In this document: positions 12,035 to 23,083 of the stretch, in pieces
Layout of the letters: each line of letters begins with the position of its first letter
How positions within the stretch are numbered: position 1 is the first letter of the stretch
DNA from: Lophium mytilinum
Lineage: Eukaryota
DNA: 64,000 nucleotides
Assembly (NCBI GenBank): GCA_010093605.1
Contig: MU004188.1
Coordinates: forward strand, 1,751,918 to 1,815,917
Reading direction: 5' to 3'
Program-made: the position numbers and the translations under genes
The notes under the pieces: generated by a model
The model's database searches: none
Told to the model about the DNA's origin: nothing
What the model saw: only the letters and a program-made list of their open reading frames with translations

Positions 12035-13855
12035 ATGTCTTCCGAGAAGGACGTAGACGTCAACAGTGTCAAGGACGAGGACAGCTCGGTTGGAAACGGA
12101 GAGCGGGATCCTGAGAAGGATATCCCGACCGCGCCGCAGAAAGCTGTGGTTGACAATGTAAAGCAATTTTAGCCTGTTCTCCGCCAACTCTAACACTCGT
12201 TAGAAAGAAGCATTAGACCCAGCCAACAGCCAGGATGACCACGAGTACGATCTTGAGAAGCACCTGTCGCGAAGGAGTTCGCGACACAAAGACCAAATAG
12301 AACACGAAAAGTATCCCGAGACCGACCTAGACAAAGGTATCGTCGGCTGGGATGGACAGGACGACCCGAAAAATCCCAGAAACTTCCCTGATTTCACGAA
12401 ATGGTGTCTCTTAGGGCTGGTCAGTCTTATCACGCTTATGAGGTTCGTCAGTGTTAATCCCGGTGCAAATCTCAGACAGTGACTAAAACCATGGGCATAG
12501 TCCGTTAGCATCGTCCATGTTTGCTCCCGGTGTCTCCTTCATGGACGCAGACTTCAACAATACGAGCACGATCTTGAGCTCATTTTCCGTTAGCATCTTT
12601 GTCCTTGGGTTTGTGGTACGTACTATTCGCCCTTGTCGAGTAATTGACCCGGACGCTTACATCTCCGCAGTTAGGCCCCCTGTTCCTATCACCGCTCAGC
12701 GAGATCTACGGCAGGCGGCCCGTCCTTGATTGTTCGAATTGCTTCTTCGTCATCTGGAACCTCGGCTGCGCGTTAGCCCCAAATCTCGCGGCCCTGATGG
12801 TGATGCGATTGCTTGGGGGTATCGGAGGCTCCGCATGTCTGACAATTGGCGGCGGCGTCATCGCCGACCTGTTTGTAGCCGAGCAGCGAGGTCTCGCTAC
12901 AGCCGTATACAGCCTGGGCGCCCTATTCGGCCCTGTGGTGGGTCCTATATGCGGTGGATTCATCGCTCAACGTGTAGGCTGGCGGTGGGTGTTCTGGGTT
13001 CTTCTAATTGGCTCTGCCCTAGTAACCCTCGGTATCATTATCACGAACCGCGAAACAAACCCTACCGTCCTTCTGGAGAGAAAGACGATCCGTCTTCGGC
13101 GAGAGCTCAATCGTCCAGACCTTGTCTCATTCTACGCGCGAAACAAGACCGAAGTTCAGCTTCGTCGTCGGAACGTCCTCAAAACGGGTATTTTGCGCCC
13201 GTTGAAGATGCTTAGCATGTCCCCAATCGTGTTCCTACTCTCCGCCTACCTCGCCTTCGTGTTTGGACTGCTCTATCTCCTCTTCACGACGATCACACAA
13301 GTCTATATGGAAACGTACAACTGGCAGCCGGAGATGTGTGGGCTGGCATACCTCGGGATCGGGATTGGATTCTTTCTCGGCATCCTCTTTGTCGCCAAGA
13401 CATCCGACGCGACTATAATCCGTTTATCGAGACGTAATAACGGCGTGTACGAGCCCGAAATGCGACTTCCGGCCGTTGTTTTCTTCGGCATGCTAGTGCC
13501 AATATCATTTTTCTGGTATGGTTGGTCGGCTGAGAAGAAGGCCCACTGGATCGTGCCCCTCATTGGATTATTGCCCTTCGGATTGGGCCTGATGGGGATC
13601 TTCGCACCGATTCAAACATACCTCATTGACGCATTTCCGGAGTACGCCGCTTCCGCTGTCGCCGCACTTACAGCACTACGGTGCCTTTTTGCGGCATTCT
13701 TGCCGCTCGCGGGACCGTCCATGTATGAGAGCTTGGGATTAGGATGGGGCAATAGTCTGTTAGGTTTCGTCGCCCTCGCGTTGATTCCGGCACCTGCGTT
13801 AATATACAAATATGGAGGAATGATCCGCAAGAAGTACCCTATAAAGCTGGACTGA
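12035..13855 (+). CDS. MFS multidrug transporter, DHA1 family (4 exons)
   Basis: Motifs VGWDGQDDPKNPRNF, PLASSMFAPG, GPLFLSPLSEIYGRRPV, GPVVGPICGGFIA, ETNPTVLL, PEMRLP, LGLGWGNSLLGF; three short GT-AG introns upstream of the 12644 ORF. Confidence 0.92.
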
Positions 13856-14344
13856 GTTCAGAGGAGCGCGGATTGCTCAGACCCTACAATCAGTAGTCCT
13901 AGACCTCAGAGCTCAGGCGCCTTTCATTGTCTTCAACTGGAGCATGTGTGGCACAAGCTACTCGAGATTTTGAAGCGACATCCTTGTGTCTTGCTCGCCC
14001 GAGAGGCACAGATGCCAATCAAAATGTTGACGCGGAGCCATGTTCTTCAGGTCTCATAAAGGTCCTCTCTGTACATAAGACCGCAAGTACAGTACGATAG
14101 ACGACGACGACTGGAAATAGGATATGAACAGCCGGGTCTGCGTGGCAAGTCTATGTCTAGCAGTCTGCAAGAACCAGCAAACGAGCAGCATGTTCGAGGC
14201 TCATATTATGAAACAGCCTGGGAGTTTATGAAATGGGGGAGTGCTCTGAGGGCGAGCTGTTGTTCCAATTCCAATGATAGCAATCCCTCGTGCCCTCGAT
14301 ATACCTATGTCCGCACGTTGAGGCGGAGAGTCTGATGTCCTAGC

Positions 14345-17300
14345 TTAGGAGAATATCGCAGCTGTTGAAGGAGCCCCGTTGATGGTGTCCACCGCGCTTG
14401 ATATGTGCTTTGCCCCTTCCTTCGAAACAATAGCGCCATTTGCACTATTTTGGCCGTTTACAGTAAGCTTAGTGGCGGGTTTGTGGCCGGTAAGGCCTTT
14501 GCGAATGGCGAGTACCGAGTCAACAATGACCGCATCGATACCCTCGTCGACTTGGAGCTAAAAACCCGTCGTAAGTAAATCAACAACCGGAGAATACTGA
14601 GATGTTCGCGTACCTTCACTTTGTCAGGGTCGTTGTTGAGCGTTCCGTAGCTCACGCACACCAGCCCTGATTCCTTGACGACCTTGACTAGCCGAGGACA
14701 CAGTACCAACGGCTCCGCCGCCGACACAACACCGAGGAGGTTCCACCTAGATGCAAAACGGATTGCTTCTTGTAGACTTGCCGCTCGAATGTCGCCAACT
14801 GGACAAGTTCCAGCATCGGTCAAGAACAGTATCGGGATAGAGGGCTGTTTGAAGGACAGCATTAGGCAGATGTCAGGGTTGAAAGAAGAGAATATGATGT
14901 TGCGTTTGTTGCCAAGGTCGTAGACGGTTTTAAGGACTGTGTCGACAAATGAATTGAGCTCAACCGCGTACGTATCCATCTCGTGCTCCTCGGATTCATG
15001 GAGCATTGGGTATTCTGACATGTAGTTAGCAGAAACTCCGAAGGCTCAGGGAACGGCGTTTCAAGATGGGGGATATCATACTCATTTCTATGTTGAAACC
15101 GGTGGATTCGGGGAGCTTCCTGAACATCTCCTCTAACGTCGTGAATGGGGCCTGGATGAAGGTGCCCCTGCTGTTGCCCTTGTAGCCCTTCATCTTGAAG
15201 TCACGAGTATGTTTCATTCGTTCAGCCAGATCTATTGTGTGGCTTTGGTTGGATGTGTCCATGGAGTATGATCGTGGACGTCTCTGAGAGGATCGACCTC
15301 CCTTGCTGGCCTGTGCCTTCCTGGCATCGTCGGGCGATGGCGCCCGAGAAGATTTCGGGGTCTGATGCTCGCTTATGTGCAGAAACTAAACATCGCAAGG
15401 TTAAGAGGCGTCGTCTAAAGGTACCGGGCTATACATACTTGCTCTAAGGTGAGAGTGTGTACAGGAGCATCAATTCCGGTCTCGCTGACCAGAAAGTCAT
15501 GGTAAATAACCGGGACATGGTCTTTCGTCAATTGGACATCTGCTGCGTGTTAAGTAAAGCCTAAAGTGCCCTAATTAGGTTCTTACCGAACTATCAAATG
15601 ATTAGCGCGTTTTAAAGACTCTCGATGAAAGGCTTACCTCAACATAAGAAGCACCAAGATTTGCTGCTGCAATGAACGACTGAATTCGAAATTAACAAAA
15701 ATGCTCATACGGCAGGATAGTCGATTATACCTGGAGGGTGTTTTCACCGAGTTGCAACGACTTCCTAGAGGCCATGTTTTTGCCCAGACCTTCACATGAG
15801 TTAGGATGGGAGCGGGGGAGAGAAACAGCAGCCAAATTCACCTCGATGTCCGATGACCATGGTTGATGTCATGCTCTTCCAATATGTATGTTGTTCCGTG
15901 ATAGACATGTTGGGATGCGTGAATGGCGTGATAATAAGAAAGTTGAAATTGACAGATCCAATGACCTCCAACGTCGCGGCGGCAATGATGGGTACTTTCA
16001 CATCGCCCTGCAAGGTGATCCTGTTCGATCCAATACTCGGTTTGATGCTGGAAAGAAGGGCGACTGCCCGACCGACGATGCGATCTTTGGAACCCGCATA
16101 CGTCGGAACAATGTCGAAGAGCAACTTCACGCCGGCCGCATTTGTTGTCATGAAGGTGATGGGATCTGTACAAATGTTCTCTTGCACTGGAAGATCAATG
16201 ATGGTAGGTTCGCCACTCGCACCCGTTGCAGACACAACCACAGACAAGGCAGTATCGAGCTGCGTGGAATGGGCGTCAGAAAGCGGGATGTTGTCGAGCT
16301 GCACCGCTGCGACATTCTTCCTGATGTCCATGGTACCCAGGCTGACAAGTACCATCGTTTCCTTCGTAAGGTAGCGATGTCCAAATGCCTTCACAGGTTC
16401 AGGAATTCGCACGGTCTGAGTTTCCCTGAAAAGATTGTTGGACCGTCTTTCATCCAGGGAAGAGGTAGCGGGAGGTGACGCAGATCGAGCCGACGAAGAG
16501 TCGGAAGTTGGCTGAGCTCTGGTAGGACTGACTTCTGCGAGCCTCTCAGCAATCTCTAAGTGCCCCCGTAGAGCAGCATGTTCTTTTGCAGTCCAGCCGG
16601 AGAGGTCGGGTCGCTCAAGGTCGGCGCCGGCGGCAATAAGTAGCTCAACAATGGGTAGATGGCCGTCCACACAGGCGATGAATATTGGCGTCCACGAAAA
16701 AGTCTTCTCTGAGATATCGACGTCCGCTTTCTGGTTCTCAGAGCCGTTCACTAGTGCCTCTGCACATTCATGATGTCCGAAGCGGGCAGCGACATGTAGT
16801 GCAGTCTCGCCTTGCTCGTCCTGGTAATTGACATCAACTCCCGCATCCACCAATAACCGTACAATTGCGACGAAATTGGATTGAGTTGCGAGTGCGAGGA
16901 CTGCACCAGACTTGGACACATTTTTCCTTGAAGACATCCTGTCACTGCTTTCACCATGCCAGTCTTCTGCCTGAAGAAGTGTTTTCGTAGTTAGAGGATG
17001 TCCGCCGATTACGCTGAGATGAAGAGGCGCGTAGCCTTCCAAGTCTTGCCAAAGCTCCGAATCAATGCCTTGAGACACATCAAACTGATCCCACTCTTGC
17101 ATGTGCTTTATGACGACCTCACAAACCACGACGAAGCCGTACTGGGCGGCATAGTGCAATGGCAGCCTCCCATACGAATCGCGGGCTTGAAGCGCGGCGC
17201 GTTGGTGGGATTCGAGTCTGTCAAGGAGATACGTCAGGAAGCGAACGGACTCATCGTCCAGGCTCAGAAGTCTGGTCGATTCTTGCTCGGTCTTGGTCCA

Positions 17301-18328
17301 TGCAGGGGGCAAGAGGATAGGTGACTCGGCGGGTACGATGAAATTGGTGCCTTCGACAGGGAGTTGGAGTGATGAACCGGGGCCCTGCTGTGCTTCGTGC
17401 GTCTTTGATCGGCCAATGCTGATGACGAGCCGGTGGATGCAATTACGGCTGTTCAGGTCGTCCTCCTCATCTAGGGACACAATCTGCGGGAGGAGCTTGT
17501 CGATGCAGGCTTTAGATCTGCAAGAAATGGACCGCTGCAACAGATTCAGTAGGAGTTGCTGGAATGAGGGACTGAGACGGTCTTCGTCGCTGTTGCTCTC
17601 GTGCAGTAGCTCCGCTAGAATTGATGCGTCGTCATTGCGGATTGCTTGGTCCACGGTATCGAGCAGACCTGGCGGGAGGTTCAGAATAGCTCTCGACGAC
17701 ACCATTCGCATCGATGACACTGATTTGACGGATCCAGCATCGTCAAAAGTTTTGGCATCTCCGAGGGCGGACAGCCAGTCATTGATCGCCGCCATGTTCT
17801 GAGACAGGCTGCTGTTGTTTGCGAACGGTTTTGGGTCCACCCTGGAGGCAAGATAGCGCTGCTGGGTGCATACACGTGGGATCTTCTTGTCGAGCTTCTT
17901 GGTAATCTTGACAAAGCCTCTTCGATTTACTTCTCCATACCATTGGAGCTTGCGCAGCTGACCGCGCAGCTCAAGGAGTGCGCCCATCAGGTCTCCGGCC
18001 TCATCTTGGTCTATGCCTTCGGGCACGCGTGGAGCTCGCCCGTAGCGTTCGTGAAGCAGCTTCAGCCGCCGGGACGACTCTGCGTACTTCTTGTTGTAAA
18101 ACCGGTCCACATCTTCAAGGTTGCGATCGAGGCGGAAGAAGAATTCTAGCGTAGTTAGATGCTGTGTGTAGGCAGGTAGTAATGCAGCTTACCTGCAAGA
18201 TCGGGGTCCTGTCCGTCCTTCGCTGCCTCGGTCGCAGACTTGATAAGCTTTTTTAAGCCCTTGTAATTGATGTAAGACGCCGCCCAGTCGGGAACCTGAT
18301 TGCGCGCAAGATTATGGCCAAACTTCAT
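14345..18328 (-). CDS. GDE1: Glycerophosphodiester phosphodiesterase Gde1 (SPX-ankyrin-GDPD), multi-exon
   Basis: Starts MKFGHNLARNQVPDWAASYINYKGLKKLIK (SPX), has ankyrin repeats, then VIGHRGLGKN, ENTLQSF, YVEFDVQLTKD, GFNIEMKYP, FSSFNPD, GIDAVIVD. Confidence 0.95.
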
Positions 18329-19725
18329 GGTGGAAGTCCTTTGTAACAGACGGGATGGCTGGACAGGTTGGCCTCAAGCGCAATGGCACTAAAAAGGATA
18401 GAAGAGGGAGACCGAGGGTTCCGCGGGCAGGGCCATCCGGGTATGCAAGTGAGGTCTATGGAGGAGGGCTAGGAGGGGGAGGTCGAGGAAACGATCTGTA
18501 GAAATTGTTAATGGCTGGTCGTGCCAGATCTGGTGAAGCTCATTGGCGCAGGAGAGTGACGGCATGGCGGCCTGCAACAATGACTTGCATGGCCGCGGGG
18601 CAGCTTCCAAGGTTTCCAAAGCTTGCAGGTCCACAGCGAGCGCGTCAGGCGGGAGCCACCCGGGCATTCGAAGAGCTGGGAGGCTCTGGGACGATGTATT
18701 CGACACGTCGCATGCGGCCAGATCGGGCGTAAATCGTGGGAGACGGGGCGAGATACTTGCCTGCAGCGCTGAGAGTGAATATGGAGGTCTCCCGCACGAA
18801 GCCGTAGGTACGAGGGTGTGTTCAATAAGTTCTGTGGAAGTGTTCAAAGCTGGCCTGGAGTCTTCAAAATATGCAAACAGCGGGCCGAATTTCTACACCG
18901 ATTCTTTTATCGATAACAGCCCTACAAAGTACGGACCGCAAACAGCGGACGGCACAGGACAAATTTAGAACGGCCACGCTCCGCGGGGACTCCGGGTTCC
19001 TGGTGTCGAGCTGGTTGCCGTCGGGTATTTCTACTTGGGAAGTGATGAGAGTAGCGACTGCAAAGCTTCGGCAAGAAACGCCCTGGGAGGCCCTGGGAGG
19101 CCCTGGAAGCCCCAGTGTCTGCCGTCTTCCAAAACTCTTACTTGCCGCAGGGCCCGCATGCTCCTTCGCGCTGCATGGTGCGGCGTCGTGATTGGAAAGC
19201 GGCGGTGCTATCTTGGGCGCTGCAGACGGGCGACGAGGAGAGCATTGCGCCTGGGTTGTTACTGGCGGAGAGATATGGGGGGATGCAGGCCGTTCGCCAC
19301 GGCGTCACCGCAAGAAGCAATTGAGGATGTAAAAGAAACGGCGTGGCAGGCCCGCACGCGTGATGTCCCACTACTCATGCAGTGCGTCCACTCCCCACAT
19401 CTGGGCGCTGCCGGCTGCCCAGCCGCAGAAGCGGCAACGAGGCACGCGATCACTTTCACACAGCTCGTATGGCTATAGCTCTGCCGTTGCTAGTTGATCT
19501 CACATCCGCCGAGGTCGCAAGCTCTGCGTCACATTCTTTCTAATCCTGCTTCTCATTCGACCTGGTCGTGAAATATGAAAACGCCACTGTGGGTATATGC
19601 CATGCCGCCTTGCTCCCGTATCAGACTTCCCACCATGCTCGCTCTTGAAAACATAACACAGTACGCCACCGTAATGCCCGGCCCTGCCATCTCAGAACAG
19701 TAAAGAAGGTACCCCATGCACACAA

Positions 19726-21993
19726 TCATTTCCTCATAACCCTCAACAAAGGGGCAATTCTCGCCCTCTTGCTCAGTCCCACCCTAAGAGGAACCTTCGA
19801 CTTTCCTGAAGGCGACAGGGAGCCGCCAGTGCCCTTTTTCGGTTTCTGCGACTTCGTCTCGGGTTTGGGAACGGAGCTGTTTGATGTAGTCCCGTCTATT
19901 GTGGTATCAGGCGGCGTATTCGGGGGCAGGGTTGTTCCAATCGCATAAACTGAGGTCATTTCTGTTCCCCTTGGGATCCCTTCTCGTGTCTCACACTTAT
20001 CATGTACTTGATGCACAGCTTCTGTAGAGACGGACTCATCCACGCTCATCCTAGCCTCTTCATGAGGCGCAATTAAAGTCTCCACCTCTTTCTCAGCCCG
20101 CCGAGGACGACCGCGGCCCCTCTTCTTCTCCCCAGGAGAGTGCAATGGAACGCTAGTTGGAATCGTGTCTCCGGCTTCCTCTAAAGCTGTTGTCTTTCTG
20201 CGCTTCGTTCTTGGTCCATCTGTCGTCACATCTTTAGGCTTCTCCAACTGTTCGTGATGCATTGTGTTGGGCCCCAACGTTTTGCCCTCGGGAAGCACTT
20301 TCGTTGTGATTACATTGTTGATATCTCCGTGATCCTGTACGCGCGTGTTGTGCTCAATGCACTCTTCGGACTCATCAGTCTTGCGGCGAAGCGGAGACCT
20401 GACTGCTGGTATTGCAACGTGGAGAAGTTCCCGGACTTGCCCTTTTGTTGGAGACTGAAGCTCTGCGACATTCGGTTTCCGTTTCTCTTCGAGCTCTACA
20501 GCAATTACCAGCGATGGATCTTGTTGGGCTGTAACTGCAGTGTCGTGTTGACCTTTGCTAGAACCCGGGCGATTGAGCAGCCATTCTACGGCTTGGTCAA
20601 ATCTGTTGTCGCACGCTTTCAAGGCCTGCTTCGCGTTTGAAGGACTGAAGCCCATCGCACAGATCCTCTCTGCTTTCTCTGAACTTGAAAGAACCAGATG
20701 GCCAATAGACCCCGTGGTATTATTGCGCTTGGACCGCGATTTCTTGGCCTTTTCAGGTCGGACGGAGAAGTCGATGGGATCTTCCAAGATCACATTCGTA
20801 GACCGCGATCTGCTGGGTCTGGGCCTGTATCGCTCCTTTGGTAGGCCAAAAGCCTCATCATCATCCTCTAAATCAATGACTCCATGCTGTTTGATAGTAG
20901 GTGTCGGTTTCCTCTTTTCCAACCGTGGCTTTGTTTTAGGGGAGTTGTCATTGTCTGGCACGCTCTGTGACCGAGTACGTTCTGCGATCCTACGGTTGTC
21001 GACGGGGATTAGTTCAGCGCTCCCCGAGGCTTCTTTGCCCGTCTTTGATTCGGTAGCACTTTGTGCTTGATCTGTATGAACAGTAGGAGTTCGAGAAGAG
21101 GCTTGGGGTTGGGCATGCTCGTTACCGAGTGAGTCCCCACTCTGTCTGATTGAATCTTCGGGGGCATCCCTATTCTCCTTTGATCTGTAAGTATTGTCCT
21201 CAAAGCGCTCATGGAATTACTGCTGCCGTCTAATGACTGCTTGGAGAATAAAACCTACAGAAGGAGTAGTCATATATGCCGACCAGGGTATCGAGGAGTT
21301 CTGAGTAGTTTGATCTGGCAATGGCATTGCAACGGGCATATTGGGATGATGTGAGCGTAGTAATTCGTCCATAAGCCTCTGCTGAGTCTGGGTGTTATTC
21401 GGCACAGTGCTAGACATCTCCGGGAACATTGCAAGCGGCTGATGGTGCTCGAAGTCATCTTGAATCGAGCCGGGTAGCTCCCATGGACCATTTGGCACAT
21501 ACGTCGCAGGTAAGGTGCTGTCGATTGGCGCTTCGAGTATCATATCGGGGTCAGCCGTGTTGGTCGAATTATAGGGTCGGTTTTCAGCAGTGGCGGGCGA
21601 TGTATGCTGCATAAGGCGACTATGATTGTTCTCCAAAACTCTATCGCTACGCGTGTGTGCGTCCTTGACGGATGGCACGGTCGAATTAATCGCTATTGTA
21701 GGATTGCGCGTAATGTCGCCTGTGGTATGCAGGATGCTAATAGCATTGCGATTCGCGGCCTTGTGAGAGGGAGATTGTGTGGGAGCGACTAAGTCTCTAT
21801 GCGCGGCCTCAATCTTGTTTCTCAGCGATTCTAAGGCACCAGTGTGAGCGGCAATCTAGGTGTGGAGGGAATGGAACTCCTGTTCATACGAAGCATACAC
21901 ACCTGTTGAGCCGGTGCCATTGCCGCGAACAGGGCTGCACAATTCATCCTCCACATCACTCTCGTCATCTGAGTCCCGAATCACACGTTGCAT
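19726..21993 (-). CDS. UBA-domain and AT-hook containing protein (3 exons predicted)
   Basis: Start MQRVIRDSDDE; UBA-like ICAMGFSPSNAKQALKACDNRFDQAVEWLL; AT-hook KKRGRGRPRR; C-terminal LRVGLSKRARIAPLLR. Second intron boundary uncertain. Confidence 0.7.
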
Positions 21994-22566
21994 GATTCAT
22001 GGCCAAACCTCGATGGGCGCAGCAAGTTCGCACGAAGGGAGCGGGGGTGTGAAGACGGTGGGTCGCGGTAAGGCTGCGATCGAAAATCAAGCCGAAACTC
22101 AACCCTCACGCGCTGTCACGTGATCTAACCGTGCCAGCAATATCATCATTCGGAGTCCACAGGCAGGGCTCGTCAATACTGGATACTTTTATCTATCTAA
22201 TACGCCGTAGATTTTGTTCTTCCTCCAAGTAGACCTTCAACGTCCCAATAGACGAAGCTAATCGACTTTGACGGAATTAGTTCACTAACCTTAGAAACTA
22301 GGCAGTTATTATTAGTCTGTATATATGTACATATCCGGCGAATACAGCTACTAAGGCGTTCGCTTAGGGAGTCATCAGACATATCAATAGCACATGAAGG
22401 ATGAATGTGGTCGCAAGCAATGACATTCTGAAAGCCAATGACGCTTCTGACGTCATCCATCTCTGTTCTCATATATTACGCGAACTCGAGGTTGTTCCTT
22501 TGCATGCTCCTTTTAAGCATTGGATCTCATTGAAACCAACAGCAAAACACTCAGCAAAATCACACC

Positions 22567-22959
22567 ATGTCTTCTTCGAACGAGGAACAGGCCCAGCCTG
22601 GTCTCATCGCCAGCCATGCTCAGTACGTCAAAGGTGCCGCCGTGGTACGTTGCCTCTCCAAGACCGTTTGACGCGACATTGATCTTCTGCTCGGAAGCTC
22701 CGAACTGCGAACATTCACTCCGATAGACATCTGCGCACTTACACTGACTTGATTCCAGAATGCGATTGGAAACATCTCCGGATCTGAAGCTTGGAGCACG
22801 TCAGGCGAAGAGCAGAAGAAGCACGCCGTAGATGCCATGAAAGAGGCTGGCGAACAGCGCGATCCTCAGCAGGGCTACGGCAAAGCGGAGGAGATAGCAG
22901 GAAAGCTTTCAGGATGCGAAGGGATGCAAAAAGAGGGTGCAGCAAGCAAGCAAGATTGA
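22567..22959 (+). CDS. Small hydrophilic CsbD-like protein, 92 aa (exons 22567-22644, 22759-22959)
   Basis: GTACGT...CTGAC...CAG intron gives MSSSNEEQAQPGLIASHAQYVKGAAVNAIGNISGSEAWSTSGEEQKKHAVDAMKEAGEQRDPQQGYGKAEEIAGKLSGCEGMQKEGAASKQD; family label is inference. Confidence 0.75.
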
Positions 22960-23083
22960 ACGGCAAGGCTGGTCTCGACAAATATTCCAAAATAGAGCAA
23001 GAAGATGGAATATCATATTTTGACTTCCATGAGTTTTGTCAAACGCCTTCAAATGCTATTTCCCAACGATTATGAGGTCGCGG

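Noticed and set aside
18389..19478. Cluster of ORFs upstream of GDE1
   Set aside because: GC-rich promoter/UTR sequence giving overlapping chance ORFs on both strands; no exact CACGTG PHO box noticed either.
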